A DNA stretch of 64,000 nucleotides from Deferribacterales bacterium (lineage in GTDB: Bacteria; Chrysiogenota; Deferribacteres; Deferribacterales; Geovibrionaceae). The notes below the pieces were generated by a model that did no database searches, was not told the DNA's origin, and worked only from the letters and a program-made list of their open reading frames with translations. Position numbers and translations under genes: made by a program. The stretch is from NCBI GenBank assembly GCA_050253075.1, contig JBFWJS010000001.1, forward strand, positions 660,675-724,674. Reading direction: 5' to 3'. Of this stretch, positions 28,144 to 37,748 are shown in pieces (the stretch's first letter is position 1; each line of letters starts with the position of its first letter).

Positions 28144-30051
28144 ATGAAACAGCAGAATTTATTAAAAACCGTTTCAGTCATACTGATGGTCTTTTTAACC
28201 GCTATGCTGACATCAGCCGTCAGTTTTGCGGCTACCGTAAAAGGTACAGTTAAAGATGTTTCAGGTCAGGCTGTTGCTAATGCAGTAGTGTATTTTATTT
28301 CCGCTGCTGATGTAGAAAAGCTGGCATCAGTTCCAACAGAGTTTAAAAGGGATTCATTAAATGATGAACCGCTTGAGGATTTGCTCGCAGCGAACAAATC
28401 TAAATATAAGGCCGCAGTTACAGATACCAGCGGAAAGTTCAGCATAACCGGGGTGGACAGTGCAAAATATTTCGCCTATGTGGCTCCGGCGGGTGCCAAA
28501 TACCTTCCCGGCGGTGATAAATCAAGGAAATCTTTTACCGCTTCAGATATCAAAGGTTCACTTGATATTCTGGTTTCAGGTAATGTGCCTTCGGATGCTG
28601 AATATGTGGGTTCGTCGAAATGCCTTACCTGTCATAAAGAGTATATGAGCACAAAGAAAACACTGCATAAACTCGGAATAAAAAAGGCCGGAGCTGTCAG
28701 CGGACTGCAGGATCTTACAGATTTTGCCGAATTTGACAAAGGGCTTGATTTCCTGAAAAAAGGTCAGAAGATTTATCTGCATAATTACACAAAAGAGAGA
28801 AAATGGGATAAATACCTTATCTCCGCATATGAACCTAAAGATATGTCATCTGTTAGTTTTACTGCATTCTTTTTTACCGCTCCGGACGGTACAATTAAAG
28901 TCAGGATGGAAAATTATAGAAATCCGGCGGATCCCGCCCGCGAGTATCCGGTTGAGCTGACCTACGGAGGCGGACTGTATAAGCAGAGATACCTTCTGCG
29001 TATAGGTGACAACCTCTTCCCGTTCCTGCAGTTCAACCCGAACGGAGATGATTCTTACGGCGACAGAACAAGGCGCCAGTTCAGAGACTACCACGGTGAC
29101 TGGTTCTACGATGAGGAAAAAATGGCGCTCAAAGCTCCTAATACCGAGAAATCATTTGAGAAGAGCTGCGCCTCATGCCACTACAACGGCTACACTCTCA
29201 AAAAGAACGCATCAGGTAATTACATAGCAGGAGCCGCCAACGACCCCAAGGGCGAGGCCGATATTGACGGAGACGGCGTAAATAACGAACTGAACCTCGG
29301 CTGTGAGACATGTCACGGTCCCGGATCAGTACACTCCAAAGCAAAAAAGGCTGACAAAGCCGCCACAATAGTCAGCCCCGGCAAACTTACATCTGAAAGA
29401 GCCTCAGTGCTTTGCGGACAGTGTCATTCCAGACCTCAGGGTAATCTGAATAACGACCAGCCTGTGAACTCAAAATATGAGATGATGCTTCCAGGGACAA
29501 GCCGCAACACTTTTCTGGTGGACTATACAACAAGAGAGGATGCCGCTCAGAGCGACTTCTGGGCCGACGGTCTCCATTCAAAGTCACATCACCAGCAGTA
29601 TACAGATTTTATAAAGTCGTCCAAATACCGTAATGGAGAACAGCTCGTAACCTGCTCCGATTGCCACGACCCTCACGGCGGCACAGAGTTTGCGCATCAG
29701 CTTAAAGGGGACGCGGTTACAGCTAAGGCAACATACTGTCAGTCATGCCATACAGACAGATCAGACATTGAAAAACACACTGAAGAAGCTGTAGGTATGG
29801 CTCACGGAGAGGATACAGGAATCACCTGCACAAGCTGCCATTCCGTCAAAACAGCCCAGACAGGTGCAGGTTTCGGCAGAGGCGCCGAAACTGATGGAAA
29901 AAATTACTGGCAGAACGACATAACGACGCACCTGTTTACAAAACCGCCACGGATGCTGAATAAAGCGGTTGCGGGGGTTGATCCTCTGAAATCTATGCCT
30001 ACACCTTATACCAACGCTTGCGGCACATGCCACGATGTAAGCGGTAAATAA
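28144..30051 (+). CDS. Periplasmic octaheme cytochrome c with an N-terminal carboxypeptidase-regulatory-like beta domain
   Basis: Sec signal; eight CxxCH motifs: CLTCH, CASCH, CETCH, CGQCH, CSDCH, CQSCH, CTSCH, CGTCH. Confidence 0.9.
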   Translation: MKQQNLLKTVSVILMVFLTAMLTSAVSFAATVKGTVKDVSGQAVANAVVYFISAADVEKLASVPTEFKRDSLNDEPLEDLLAANKSKYKAAVTDTSGKFSITGVDSAKYFAYVAPAGAKYLPGGDKSRKSFTASDIKGSLDILVSGNVPSDAEYVGSSKCLTCHKEYMSTKKTLHKLGIKKAGAVSGLQDLTDFAEFDKGLDFLKKGQKIYLHNYTKERKWDKYLISAYEPKDMSSVSFTAFFFTAPDGTIKVRMENYRNPADPAREYPVELTYGGGLYKQRYLLRIGDNLFPFLQFNPNGDDSYGDRTRRQFRDYHGDWFYDEEKMALKAPNTEKSFEKSCASCHYNGYTLKKNASGNYIAGAANDPKGEADIDGDGVNNELNLGCETCHGPGSVHSKAKKADKAATIVSPGKLTSERASVLCGQCHSRPQGNLNNDQPVNSKYEMMLPGTSRNTFLVDYTTREDAAQSDFWADGLHSKSHHQQYTDFIKSSKYRNGEQLVTCSDCHDPHGGTEFAHQLKGDAVTAKATYCQSCHTDRSDIEKHTEEAVGMAHGEDTGITCTSCHSVKTAQTGAGFGRGAETDGKNYWQNDITTHLFTKPPRMLNKAVAGVDPLKSMPTPYTNACGTCHDVSGK

Positions 30052-30063
30052 AACTCAACTATT

Positions 30064-30111
30064 GCCGTCTCTGTTCGTTCCTCATCGCAAGGGTTCAGAG
30101 GCGGCTTTTTT
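30064..30111 (+). terminator. Terminator after the cytochrome gene
   Basis: GCCGTCTCTG...CAGAGGCGGC followed by a T tract. Confidence 0.65.
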
Positions 30112-30239
30112 CTAATGGAAACAGCGGCCTGTTTAGTAGCAGGCTCAACCTATAGGGTAAACTTTTCATAAATGCCTCCTCAAAATAACCGTGCGGATAG
30201 ATACTCCGCACGGTTATTTATTTCCACCTTTAAATATAT

Positions 30240-30264
30240 GGAACATTTACTGCTTTTAGTCGTT
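30240..30264 (+). promoter_or_regulatory. ECF-type autoregulatory promoter 1
   Basis: GGAAC-16 bp-CGTT, 10 bp before the sigma ATG. Confidence 0.7.
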
Positions 30265-30274
30265 AATATATATA

Positions 30275-30835
30275 ATGCACAGCGAAGAATTGATTTTAAA
30301 ACTGCTGGAAACCGGCGACAGAAGAACTTTTGATCTGCTGATAAGCACTTATCAGGGCAGAGTGTTCAGTCTGTGCTATTACATGACTGGAAACCGAGAG
30401 GACGCGGAGGACTGCACACAGGAGACATTCATAAAAGTTTTCCGCGGAATTGATTCCTTCACTCCTGACGCGTCTCTTTACACATGGATACGTAAAATTG
30501 CGGTAAACACCTGCCTTGATCATATGAAAAAGCCGTTTAGGCTGCTGAAATTCATAAACATACACGGCGATAACGCAGTGGACATTACGTCTGGAGCAGA
30601 CCCCGAGAAAGAATGTCTGAACAGCGAGTCGGACAGAATACTCCACCAGGCTGTGATGAAGCTTCCTGTAAAGTTGAGGACGGTCATAATACTGCGTGAG
30701 CTGGAGGAGCTTTCATACAGCGAAATAGCGGCGACGGCCGGGATCTCAGAAGGGACTGTCAAATCAAGAATATCCAGAGCCAGAGAGGAACTGAGGAATC
30801 TGCTCAGAGATTTTACGGAACAAAAATTGAAATAA
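30275..30835 (+). CDS. ECF sigma factor
   Basis: DAEDCTQETF, TWIRKIAVN and LSYSEIA..GTVKSRISRAR. Confidence 0.93.
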   Translation: MHSEELILKLLETGDRRTFDLLISTYQGRVFSLCYYMTGNREDAEDCTQETFIKVFRGIDSFTPDASLYTWIRKIAVNTCLDHMKKPFRLLKFINIHGDNAVDITSGADPEKECLNSESDRILHQAVMKLPVKLRTVIILRELEELSYSEIAATAGISEGTVKSRISRAREELRNLLRDFTEQKLK

Positions 30836-30841
30836 ATCGTT
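30817..30841 (+). promoter_or_regulatory. ECF-type promoter 2, overlapping the 3' end of the sigma gene
   Basis: GGAAC-16 bp-CGTT, upstream of the anti-sigma gene. Confidence 0.65.
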
Positions 30842-30861
30842 TAGTAATTCAGAGGCGTGAA

Positions 30862-31287
30862 ATGGACTGTATAAAAACCAGCGAAAATCTGTCTGCGTAT
30901 CATGACGGAGAACTTAACCGGGAAGAAGAGGAAAATATCCGGCTGCATCTTGATAGCTGTATGACGTGCAGGTCTGAATATGCAGGCATTCAAGACCTCA
31001 GCATGATGTTTAAGGGCGCAGAAAGACCGTCCGCGCCGCCTGAACTGACAGACAGAATACATGAAGCCGTCCGCAAGGGCAGATTGCCTGCCTTTAGTGG
31101 TTATGCAGTGGCAGCAGCGGCGGTGCTGATATTCATCACAGGCGTGTCTGCCGGTCTGTCCCTGCTCAGGCAGGCTGACAGCTACAGTGCTGATGCATCT
31201 GTCAGGGAATATTATTCATTTGCATCTTTTGATCCGCTGCCGGATGAATCTCTTGGCGGCGTATATATATCAATGATGAGGAACTGA
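30862..31287 (+). CDS. Zinc-binding (ZAS) membrane anti-sigma factor
   Basis: MDC..LSAYHDGEL..HLDSCMTC plus one TM helix. Confidence 0.88.
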   Translation: MDCIKTSENLSAYHDGELNREEEENIRLHLDSCMTCRSEYAGIQDLSMMFKGAERPSAPPELTDRIHEAVRKGRLPAFSGYAVAAAAVLIFITGVSAGLSLLRQADSYSADASVREYYSFASFDPLPDESLGGVYISMMRN

Positions 31288-31288
31288 C

Positions 31289-31741
31289 ATGAGAAATAAT
31301 ACACTTAAAGCGATCCTGATACTGTCGGCTGCGCTGAATCTTTCGCTTATAACCGGAATAGGCATCTATTCATTTTCCGGTAACAAAGCTTTTTCATGCG
31401 CTCATTCCGGCGGCGGCTACGTCTTTGAAAAACTGAATCTCAGAGATGAGCAGAAGAAAAAGATAACCGGACTGGCGGAGGATTTTCACAGCAGACTCGA
31501 CAGGATGAGCGGAGAAATAGCGGAATCAAATAAGAAGCTTATAAGGGAAATAGTCTCCTCTGAATACCCGGACGGAGTAACCGACGGGCTCATAGGTGAT
31601 ATAAGCGGCAGACAGAGGGAGATACAGGAACTGATAGTCAGGCATTTATTTGAGATAAAAGCGGAGATGGACAGCGATCAGCGTGAGCAGTTTTTCAGGC
31701 TCATAGAGGACGCTTTCCCATCAGGCAGAGGAGTTTATTAA
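31289..31741 (+). CDS. Periplasmic heavy-metal sensor / CpxP-like protein
   Basis: SAALNL TM anchor, LNLRDEQ and MDSDQREQF. Confidence 0.75.
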   Translation: MRNNTLKAILILSAALNLSLITGIGIYSFSGNKAFSCAHSGGGYVFEKLNLRDEQKKKITGLAEDFHSRLDRMSGEIAESNKKLIREIVSSEYPDGVTDGLIGDISGRQREIQELIVRHLFEIKAEMDSDQREQFFRLIEDAFPSGRGVY

Positions 31742-32394
31742 TGTATCTGTTGAAAGACATAACAAAAAACTACGGCACACAGCAGGTGCTGAAAGGGGTC
31801 TCGCTGGAACTGAACAGGCGGGAAATGGTCTCTGTAATGGGTAAATCCGGCGCAGGGAAAAGCACACTTCTGGGCATCATGGCTGGGCTTGTGAGGCCCG
31901 ACGCCGGAAGAGTGGAGTTTGAGGGGCTTGAGATGGGGGGGCAGAGCGAAGACGCGCTGGCTGACTTCAGAATGAGAAATGTCGGAATCGTGTTTCAGGA
32001 TTTCAGGCTGATCCCCTCGCTGTCTGTAGCAGACAATATTCTTATAGCCGCTTTCCCTGTAAAAGATGTTTCTAAAGCGGAAAAGACGGACCGCATGGAA
32101 ACACTGACCGAAAGAGTGGGGCTTAAGGATATGCTCGGGAAAAAAGCGGACAACCTCAGCGGCGGTGAAAAACAGAGGGTCGCCATAGCCAGAAGCCTGA
32201 TAAACAAGCCCTCGTTTGTTCTTGCGGACGAGCCAACCGGCAACCTGGATGAAAAAACATCCGGCAGCATAATGGAGCTTTTTGCAGAGCTTCACTCTGT
32301 GCTGGATACCACGTTTGTGATAGTGACTCATGACGAGGAGATAGCTGAAAAAACTCAGAAAATATACAGGATGGCAGACGGGAGATTATCATGA
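31741..32394 (+). CDS. ABC transporter ATP-binding protein
   Basis: [17 protein letters not shown] and ADEPTGNLD. Confidence 0.92.
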   Translation: MYLLKDITKNYGTQQVLKGVSLELNRREMVSVMGKSGAGKSTLLGIMAGLVRPDAGRVEFEGLEMGGQSEDALADFRMRNVGIVFQDFRLIPSLSVADNILIAAFPVKDVSKAEKTDRMETLTERVGLKDMLGKKADNLSGGEKQRVAIARSLINKPSFVLADEPTGNLDEKTSGSIMELFAELHSVLDTTFVIVTHDEEIAEKTQKIYRMADGRLS

Positions 32395-32783
32395 AAAAAG
32401 TATTTATTTCAGTGTTTGTATTTTTAGTATCTTTAACCGCGTTCGCAGCTCCGGTGAATATTGAGATTTTCTTCCTGCCGCACAGACCTGCGGTTGCAGT
32501 TGTGGAAAAGATTGAACAGGCTCTGACCGGTCTTGACTATATAACCATAAAAAAATATTCGTTTGATGATAAGGCGGCCAAAAAGCTGATAGACAAATAC
32601 AACCTCCACGATCATATGCCTGTGGCGGTTTTCATCAACGGCAGCGATACCCACAAAGCGAACGGAAAAGATATAACTTTCAGAAATTTCCCCAAAGGTG
32701 ACGCTTTTGTGCCCTCTTTTGAAGGGGTATGGAGCTATTCAGATATAAGACATGTGGCGGAACGCATCCACGGAGAAAAGTAA
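32391..32783 (+). CDS. Exported thioredoxin-like protein without CxxC
   Basis: Signal peptide; IEIFFLPHRP and HMPVAVFING. Confidence 0.55.
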   Translation: MKKVFISVFVFLVSLTAFAAPVNIEIFFLPHRPAVAVVEKIEQALTGLDYITIKKYSFDDKAAKKLIDKYNLHDHMPVAVFINGSDTHKANGKDITFRNFPKGDAFVPSFEGVWSYSDIRHVAERIHGEK

Positions 32784-33844
32784 TGGAGCTTTTCAGGTGG
32801 GTGCTTTTAAACAGGCTCCATTACAAAGGCAAAACTGTTGTCGTGGGTTTCCTGTGCGGGTTTCTTATGTTTGCGGCCGCTGCCTCTGCCGTTTTAATGA
32901 AGCACGTGGCAAGGCAGGCGGAGAAACCTCTGAAAGCCCTGAACACCGGCCTGATAATGCAGAAAACAGCGGAAACAAAACAGACTGACGGATTTAAAAC
33001 CGGAGGGCTGATAACGCCTTTTGATATGGAGAATTTTTCGGCAGAAGCTTTTCATGAGTCAATCTCTGGCCTGAATGAAGTGAAAGAGTATTCTTCCGCG
33101 CTTTTGCTGTGGAAGCTGGACACCAGAGGAACCCTTGTTATCGCCGGAATAAAAAAAGATGAGCCGGCCGTGGGGTTAAGGAATATTGAGACGATGCTTT
33201 TTAAAGGTGTGTTTTTCAGTGCTGATGATGCAGATGAGGTTATTCTGGAGAGGCACTACGCAGCATTTTTCGGATATGAGATGGGCGGTGTGTTTGAACT
33301 GCAGGGTGTCAAACTGAGGATCGCAGGTATTGTGGACTTTACAGACCAGAGCAATCTGAGCACAGCCTCTGTTTTTCTCCCATACGAAACCGCCGTGAAG
33401 CTCGCAGGTGTGCCGTCCGGCTATGTTAATCAGATATACGCTGCACTCACGTCAGCCTCTGAAACAGAATCATTTGCGGAGAAAGCCGGAGAGATATTCC
33501 CCGGGTTCACAGTTGTCACAAAGGACAGCCTATATAAAAACCTGAAAGGTATCAGCGGACTGATGCTCAGTTTCGGAAAAGCTGTAACGGCTGTTTTGTC
33601 ATCCGTCGGACTGGTTCTTATTGTTTTTCTGCTTAAGATACATTCATATGATTTCCGCAGAAACAGGGATACTCTGAAAATGCTCGGCTGGCCGCCCTCG
33701 CTTGTCAGGAGCTGGCTGGCTGCTGATACGGCTGTGATACTGGGAGCGGCGGTTATTTTCTGCACTTTGCTGACAGTGGTTTTTATTTTTGCTGCGCTCC
33801 CTGCTTTTGATGTTGCGCCGATGGTTCAGGAGGCTGTGCTATGA
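32783..33844 (+). CDS. ABC permease (MacB-type periplasmic domain)
   Basis: N-terminal TM, EVILERHYA and LKMLGW; ATG overlaps the previous stop codon. Confidence 0.8.
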   Translation: MELFRWVLLNRLHYKGKTVVVGFLCGFLMFAAAASAVLMKHVARQAEKPLKALNTGLIMQKTAETKQTDGFKTGGLITPFDMENFSAEAFHESISGLNEVKEYSSALLLWKLDTRGTLVIAGIKKDEPAVGLRNIETMLFKGVFFSADDADEVILERHYAAFFGYEMGGVFELQGVKLRIAGIVDFTDQSNLSTASVFLPYETAVKLAGVPSGYVNQIYAALTSASETESFAEKAGEIFPGFTVVTKDSLYKNLKGISGLMLSFGKAVTAVLSSVGLVLIVFLLKIHSYDFRRNRDTLKMLGWPPSLVRSWLAADTAVILGAAVIFCTLLTVVFIFAALPAFDVAPMVQEAVL

Positions 33845-35088
33845 TGCTTTCGTATGTGTGGGCTTATATAAACGGTAACAGGGTAAAATTCTTTCTGACG
33901 GTTTTCAGTCTGGCGCTGTATTTTACGGCTGTGTCTGCCGCTGTCACTATGAACGGCAGCATAGACGCCGTGGCGGCACTCCCCATGAAGAGCATAGGGG
34001 CGGAGACAGTTGTCCAGAAAAGCGGAAAAATCCCGAACCAGATGACCGGCGCCATCTTCCCCCATTCAAATGCGCCGATCTATGAAGATGAAATTAAGAA
34101 AATCACTTCTGCTCCCTTTGTAACAGGATACGATAAGGCACTCTATTTCTGGTATTTCGACTCCGAGTACTTCAAGTCGGTTCTGGGAGTCAGCCTGAAC
34201 GGAGGGCTGTATGCCGACGTACTGAAGAGCAGCCTTACAGCTGGGGAATATCCGCTGGCGGACAATGAAGTTTTGGTTACTGAGGATTTTATAAAGAAAA
34301 ACGGTATAGGGCTGGATGGTGAGGTTGTTTTAGGAGCGGATTCATTCAGGGTGTCAGGTATCCTGCGCTCACAGTTCAGCGGAAATATCGCACCGGCAGA
34401 TATATATATGAGTATTGGTGCGGCGCAGAGAATAGCCGGAAATTCTCAGGAGATGAAACAGCTTTACGATATTAAAGAGATAAGTTTTTACAATATGGCT
34501 GTGCTGAAAACCGATCCTCTATGGCAGGGGAGCAGGGAGCAGGCCATAAAATCATATGATAAGGATTATCTGATTTTCGGAGAGGAGAGTTTTAAAAATG
34601 AGATAAGAGATCAGCTTCTGCTTATGTCCTCTTCGGCTTCGGCTGCTTTTGCTCTGCTGGGGGTTCTGCTCGCCGCCGGTTTTTCCATGATGGTCTTTTA
34701 TGGTATAAAATCCAGAGAAAATGATATTGCACTCCTTCGTATGCTCGGCTGGAGGTTTTCTGCGCTGAGGAATCATTTTACAGGGGAGAGCGTTATTTCG
34801 GTTCTGCTGGCGCTGTTCATAGGCAATATTCTTTATTTGGTTGCTTTTCTTTATATGTCCGGTATCAGTGTGAGGATGGAGCTTCCATGGGATATTTCCG
34901 CAAGGCCTCATTTTCTGCCGGAGGAAAACAATATAGAACGGGTTGTCACCGCGCAGCTTCCGCTTGATTTTAATATCTGGACACATTCCTTTGTTAATAT
35001 TGCTGTTTTAACCGTGTGCGTTCTGCTCGCATTTCTGGTTCTGCTCAGGATAAAGAATATAAAACCGACAGAATTCTATAAGGGGTGA
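33841..35088 (+). CDS. ABC permease (FtsX/MacB type)
   Basis: SRENDIALLRMLGW, 1+3 TMs and C-terminal IKPTEF. Confidence 0.82.
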   Translation: MMLSYVWAYINGNRVKFFLTVFSLALYFTAVSAAVTMNGSIDAVAALPMKSIGAETVVQKSGKIPNQMTGAIFPHSNAPIYEDEIKKITSAPFVTGYDKALYFWYFDSEYFKSVLGVSLNGGLYADVLKSSLTAGEYPLADNEVLVTEDFIKKNGIGLDGEVVLGADSFRVSGILRSQFSGNIAPADIYMSIGAAQRIAGNSQEMKQLYDIKEISFYNMAVLKTDPLWQGSREQAIKSYDKDYLIFGEESFKNEIRDQLLLMSSSASAAFALLGVLLAAGFSMMVFYGIKSRENDIALLRMLGWRFSALRNHFTGESVISVLLALFIGNILYLVAFLYMSGISVRMELPWDISARPHFLPEENNIERVVTAQLPLDFNIWTHSFVNIAVLTVCVLLAFLVLLRIKNIKPTEFYKG

Positions 35089-35094
35089 GAGGTG

Positions 35095-35540
35095 ATTAAA
35101 CACTCGCACGCAATGAGTAACTTCTTTTTTCAAGAGATCTGCCAAGCAGAACATAGCTTGCCACAACCAAAGGAATAGAAACCGAAAACTTCACGAGAGT
35201 GAAGCCTTTCTCTATGAACGAAGCTACGAAGATTGTAATGGGGATTCGGCAGACGGCGGCTACTCACAGATATGTGAATATCACCTCAAGCCTTGCCTCT
35301 TTGCCATACAGAGACCTCGCCATCGGAAAGGCAACGTACAACCCGCCCATAATTGTTGACGCAAGGAGAATTATCCACAGGTGTCCCTTCAATCCTGTAT
35401 CTCTTTCCATATATTTCTCAACGCTCTCTTTTTTACCCATACCTTAAACAAGTCTATACGTATAAAAAGGCGCATGGGAGCAGTTTAAGCATTTCCGATG
35501 AAATAAAATAGTTGGTGAAAACAGGATTATTGCGTATTTC
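35095..35540 (-). pseudogene. DUF318/ArsP-like small permease, second subunit, decayed
   Basis: VWVKKESVEKYM..TGLKG..GGLYVAFPMA..FTYL*VAAVCRIP; internal stop at 35266..35264, frameshifts, 5' end lost. Confidence 0.65.
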
Positions 35541-35545
35541 ATAGT

Positions 35546-35936
35546 TAACTGAAATATTCCTTTTCCTCCGGAAAAGAAAAAATACCCACCATCATCAGAG
35601 GTTTGCTGAAAGCTGCGAGAATCATATAGCTGATGCCTTTTCCAGCAGTATGCCTCATAGCGGGAAAGCTATGAACCTCTGGAGAAGCGTTACTGATCCG
35701 AAAAATGAGGCGAACAAAAGCGCTGTATATCTGCTTTTTCCTGTGAGGTAGGCTGTTATAAGGATTTCAGGGATGAAATAAAGAATCACATAAGCCATTA
35801 TTATCATTAAAAGGAAGGCCGGTAGAATGTTTACAAACTTTTTTACTGAGATTTTTAACGCCTTTACTGTTTTCTCTCTGCTGAAGACAAAAGAGACCGC
35901 AAGAGCCAGAACCGTCAAAACGTAATACAGGTGCAT
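35546..35936 (-). pseudogene. DUF318/ArsP-like small permease, first subunit, decayed
   Basis: SREKTVKALK..FGSVTL..FIAFPL*GILLE, then a frameshift to GISYMILAAF..LMMVG..FPEEKEYF. Confidence 0.7.
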
Positions 35937-36116
35937 AGTGCCTCCGTCTTGTTATGCCGTTTTCTGCATCAAGGCTATTGCCTGCATATTACACTATATT
36001 GCAATTTCAGAAAGTGCTTCTGATCAGAAAAGCAGTATATGCTATATATGATGTCAGGAGAAGTCTTCCCTCGAATCCGTTAACTCTTGAATTTCATTGT
36101 TAATTTTATTGTGCCA

Positions 36117-36325
36117 AATTCATTAGACGACAATGACATTATTATTCCGGAAAAAATGCGAGAGAGAAATTGGGTTGATTTTGATCAAACAGCCGAGAAG
36201 AACAAAAAACTCATGTGTTGACAAAATGCTCTTTACGCGGGCACTCTAAGTGGACGGTAACAAGTTGATCGTTGAGTTCTCTATGTAGTTGATAGAGAAT
36301 ACGGCAAAGTTGCAGGTCTTAGTTA
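36117..36325 (+). pseudogene. PAS-domain gene remnant
   Basis: DIIIPEKMRERNW and KMLFTRAL*VDGNKLIVEFSM in different frames, with stops. Confidence 0.45.
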
Positions 36326-36456
36326 ATTTCCAATGACCCCTATATGAATTAGATTCCAACTCTCTTTCGCGGTATTATCCATCCCGTTTCAGTTATTGGT
36401 ATTTACGGTTATGATATGTTTGTTATATGAGTGGTGGTGACACAAGAAATAAAGAA

Positions 36457-37683
36457 TTAGTACATCATTCCAAACAGCCATAGTGGTATGCGGTTGCCAT
36501 GACCGATTTCGATATCGTCTGACACTACATAGCTATTTTGCATGTCTTTGATCTGATCGAAACCTTTATTTTTGCCGCCAATTTCAAAAGTGACTCCATC
36601 GGCAATATAGTCACCGGAAGCGGCGTACTCCACTGTGACAGGCAGAAAGTTGTCCTGCATTCTGAAGCAGTTGGTCAGCTGGTTTACAAAGAAGACCTCA
36701 CGAGCTGTTCCACTGTCAACTTTATTGGCGATTGCATATTGGATGTTTGTATTGTTCAGGAGCAGCTTTTCTGATTTTCTTATCGGTTTGTTTCCTGTGC
36801 CCGCCGGCTTAACCAGATTTACAAGACCGGCTTCTCTCAGGTAAATCAGGTATTCATTCAGAGTAACCCTGTCGATGCCTGTGGCAGACGAAAGCTCAGT
36901 CTTTTTCAGCTCGTATGGAGGCGTGGTTGCCAGCATGTACAGAAGTTTCTTAAGCTGATGCATCTTTGCGTATTTGATATCACAAACGAAGCCCATATCG
37001 GTCTCAAGGACTTCATTGATTGTATTAGAGAGTCTCATTTGAAAAGATTGTTTGTCCTGCAAAGAGAATGGGTAGTAGCCTATCTGCAAATATTCCTGAA
37101 AGTATTTCAGCGTTTTGCCTATTGATGCATGAAGTTCTCCGGCAATGGCAACATGATTAGCTATTAATTCGTCATAAGTTATAACTGGAATGTCTATGCT
37201 GTGAGCCAGGGCAAGGTATTCTCTGAAAGATAATCCATCCAGATGATAAACTGCTGCACGTCTGCTTAGATCAGCATCCTGCTTGTTCATTTGCAGCAGA
37301 CTTGAGCCTGAAAAGACAACTTTGAGTTCCGGTCTTGTGTCGATGATAGCCTTGATATGTTTCGACCACTCAGGGTATTTGTGAACCTCATCGAGAAAAA
37401 GGTACTCACCACCCTGTTTATGAAATTCAGCTGCAAACTCGTGCAGGGGCGATTGCTGGAACCTGGGGTTGTCTACAGAGATGTAGAGCGCATTGGTGTT
37501 GCCGTCATAGACAGATTTAAGATATTGGAGCATGAGTGTGGTTTTACCTGTCCCTCTGGCTCCGAGTATCCCTATGCAACCGCTTTTCCAGTCGATCTTA
37601 TCGAAAAGGTATCTTTTGTGCTTTTCGGGCAGTTTTTTTAGTATTAAAGCCTGTTCAGAAAACCAAATGTCAAAGTCGAACAT
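36457..37683 (-). CDS. AAA+ ATPase of AAA_14/DUF4143 type
   Basis: GARGTGKTT, LFLDEVHKY, SGSS, LSFREYL, GYYP and C-terminal FEIGGK..IPLWLFG. Confidence 0.88.
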   Translation of the reverse strand: MFDFDIWFSEQALILKKLPEKHKRYLFDKIDWKSGCIGILGARGTGKTTLMLQYLKSVYDGNTNALYISVDNPRFQQSPLHEFAAEFHKQGGEYLFLDEVHKYPEWSKHIKAIIDTRPELKVVFSGSSLLQMNKQDADLSRRAAVYHLDGLSFREYLALAHSIDIPVITYDELIANHVAIAGELHASIGKTLKYFQEYLQIGYYPFSLQDKQSFQMRLSNTINEVLETDMGFVCDIKYAKMHQLKKLLYMLATTPPYELKKTELSSATGIDRVTLNEYLIYLREAGLVNLVKPAGTGNKPIRKSEKLLLNNTNIQYAIANKVDSGTAREVFFVNQLTNCFRMQDNFLPVTVEYAASGDYIADGVTFEIGGKNKGFDQIKDMQNSYVVSDDIEIGHGNRIPLWLFGMMY

Positions 37684-37694
37684 ATATGCACCTC

Positions 37695-37745
37695 TGTAAA
37701 GTCTACTTTACACGTCTTGGTCGTATCTGTAAAGTGTATTTTACA
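37695..37745. promoter_or_regulatory. Tandem 18-bp palindromes upstream of the ATPase gene
   Basis: TGTAAAGTCTACTTTACA (37695-37712) and TGTAAAGTGTATTTTACA (37728-37745). Confidence 0.65.
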
Positions 37746-37748
37746 GTC

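Noticed and set aside
35655..35657. Selenocysteine at FIAFPL-UGA-GILL in the permease
   Set aside because: A frameshift follows within six codons, there is no convincing SECIS, and the partner gene is also decayed; a nonsense mutation is more likely
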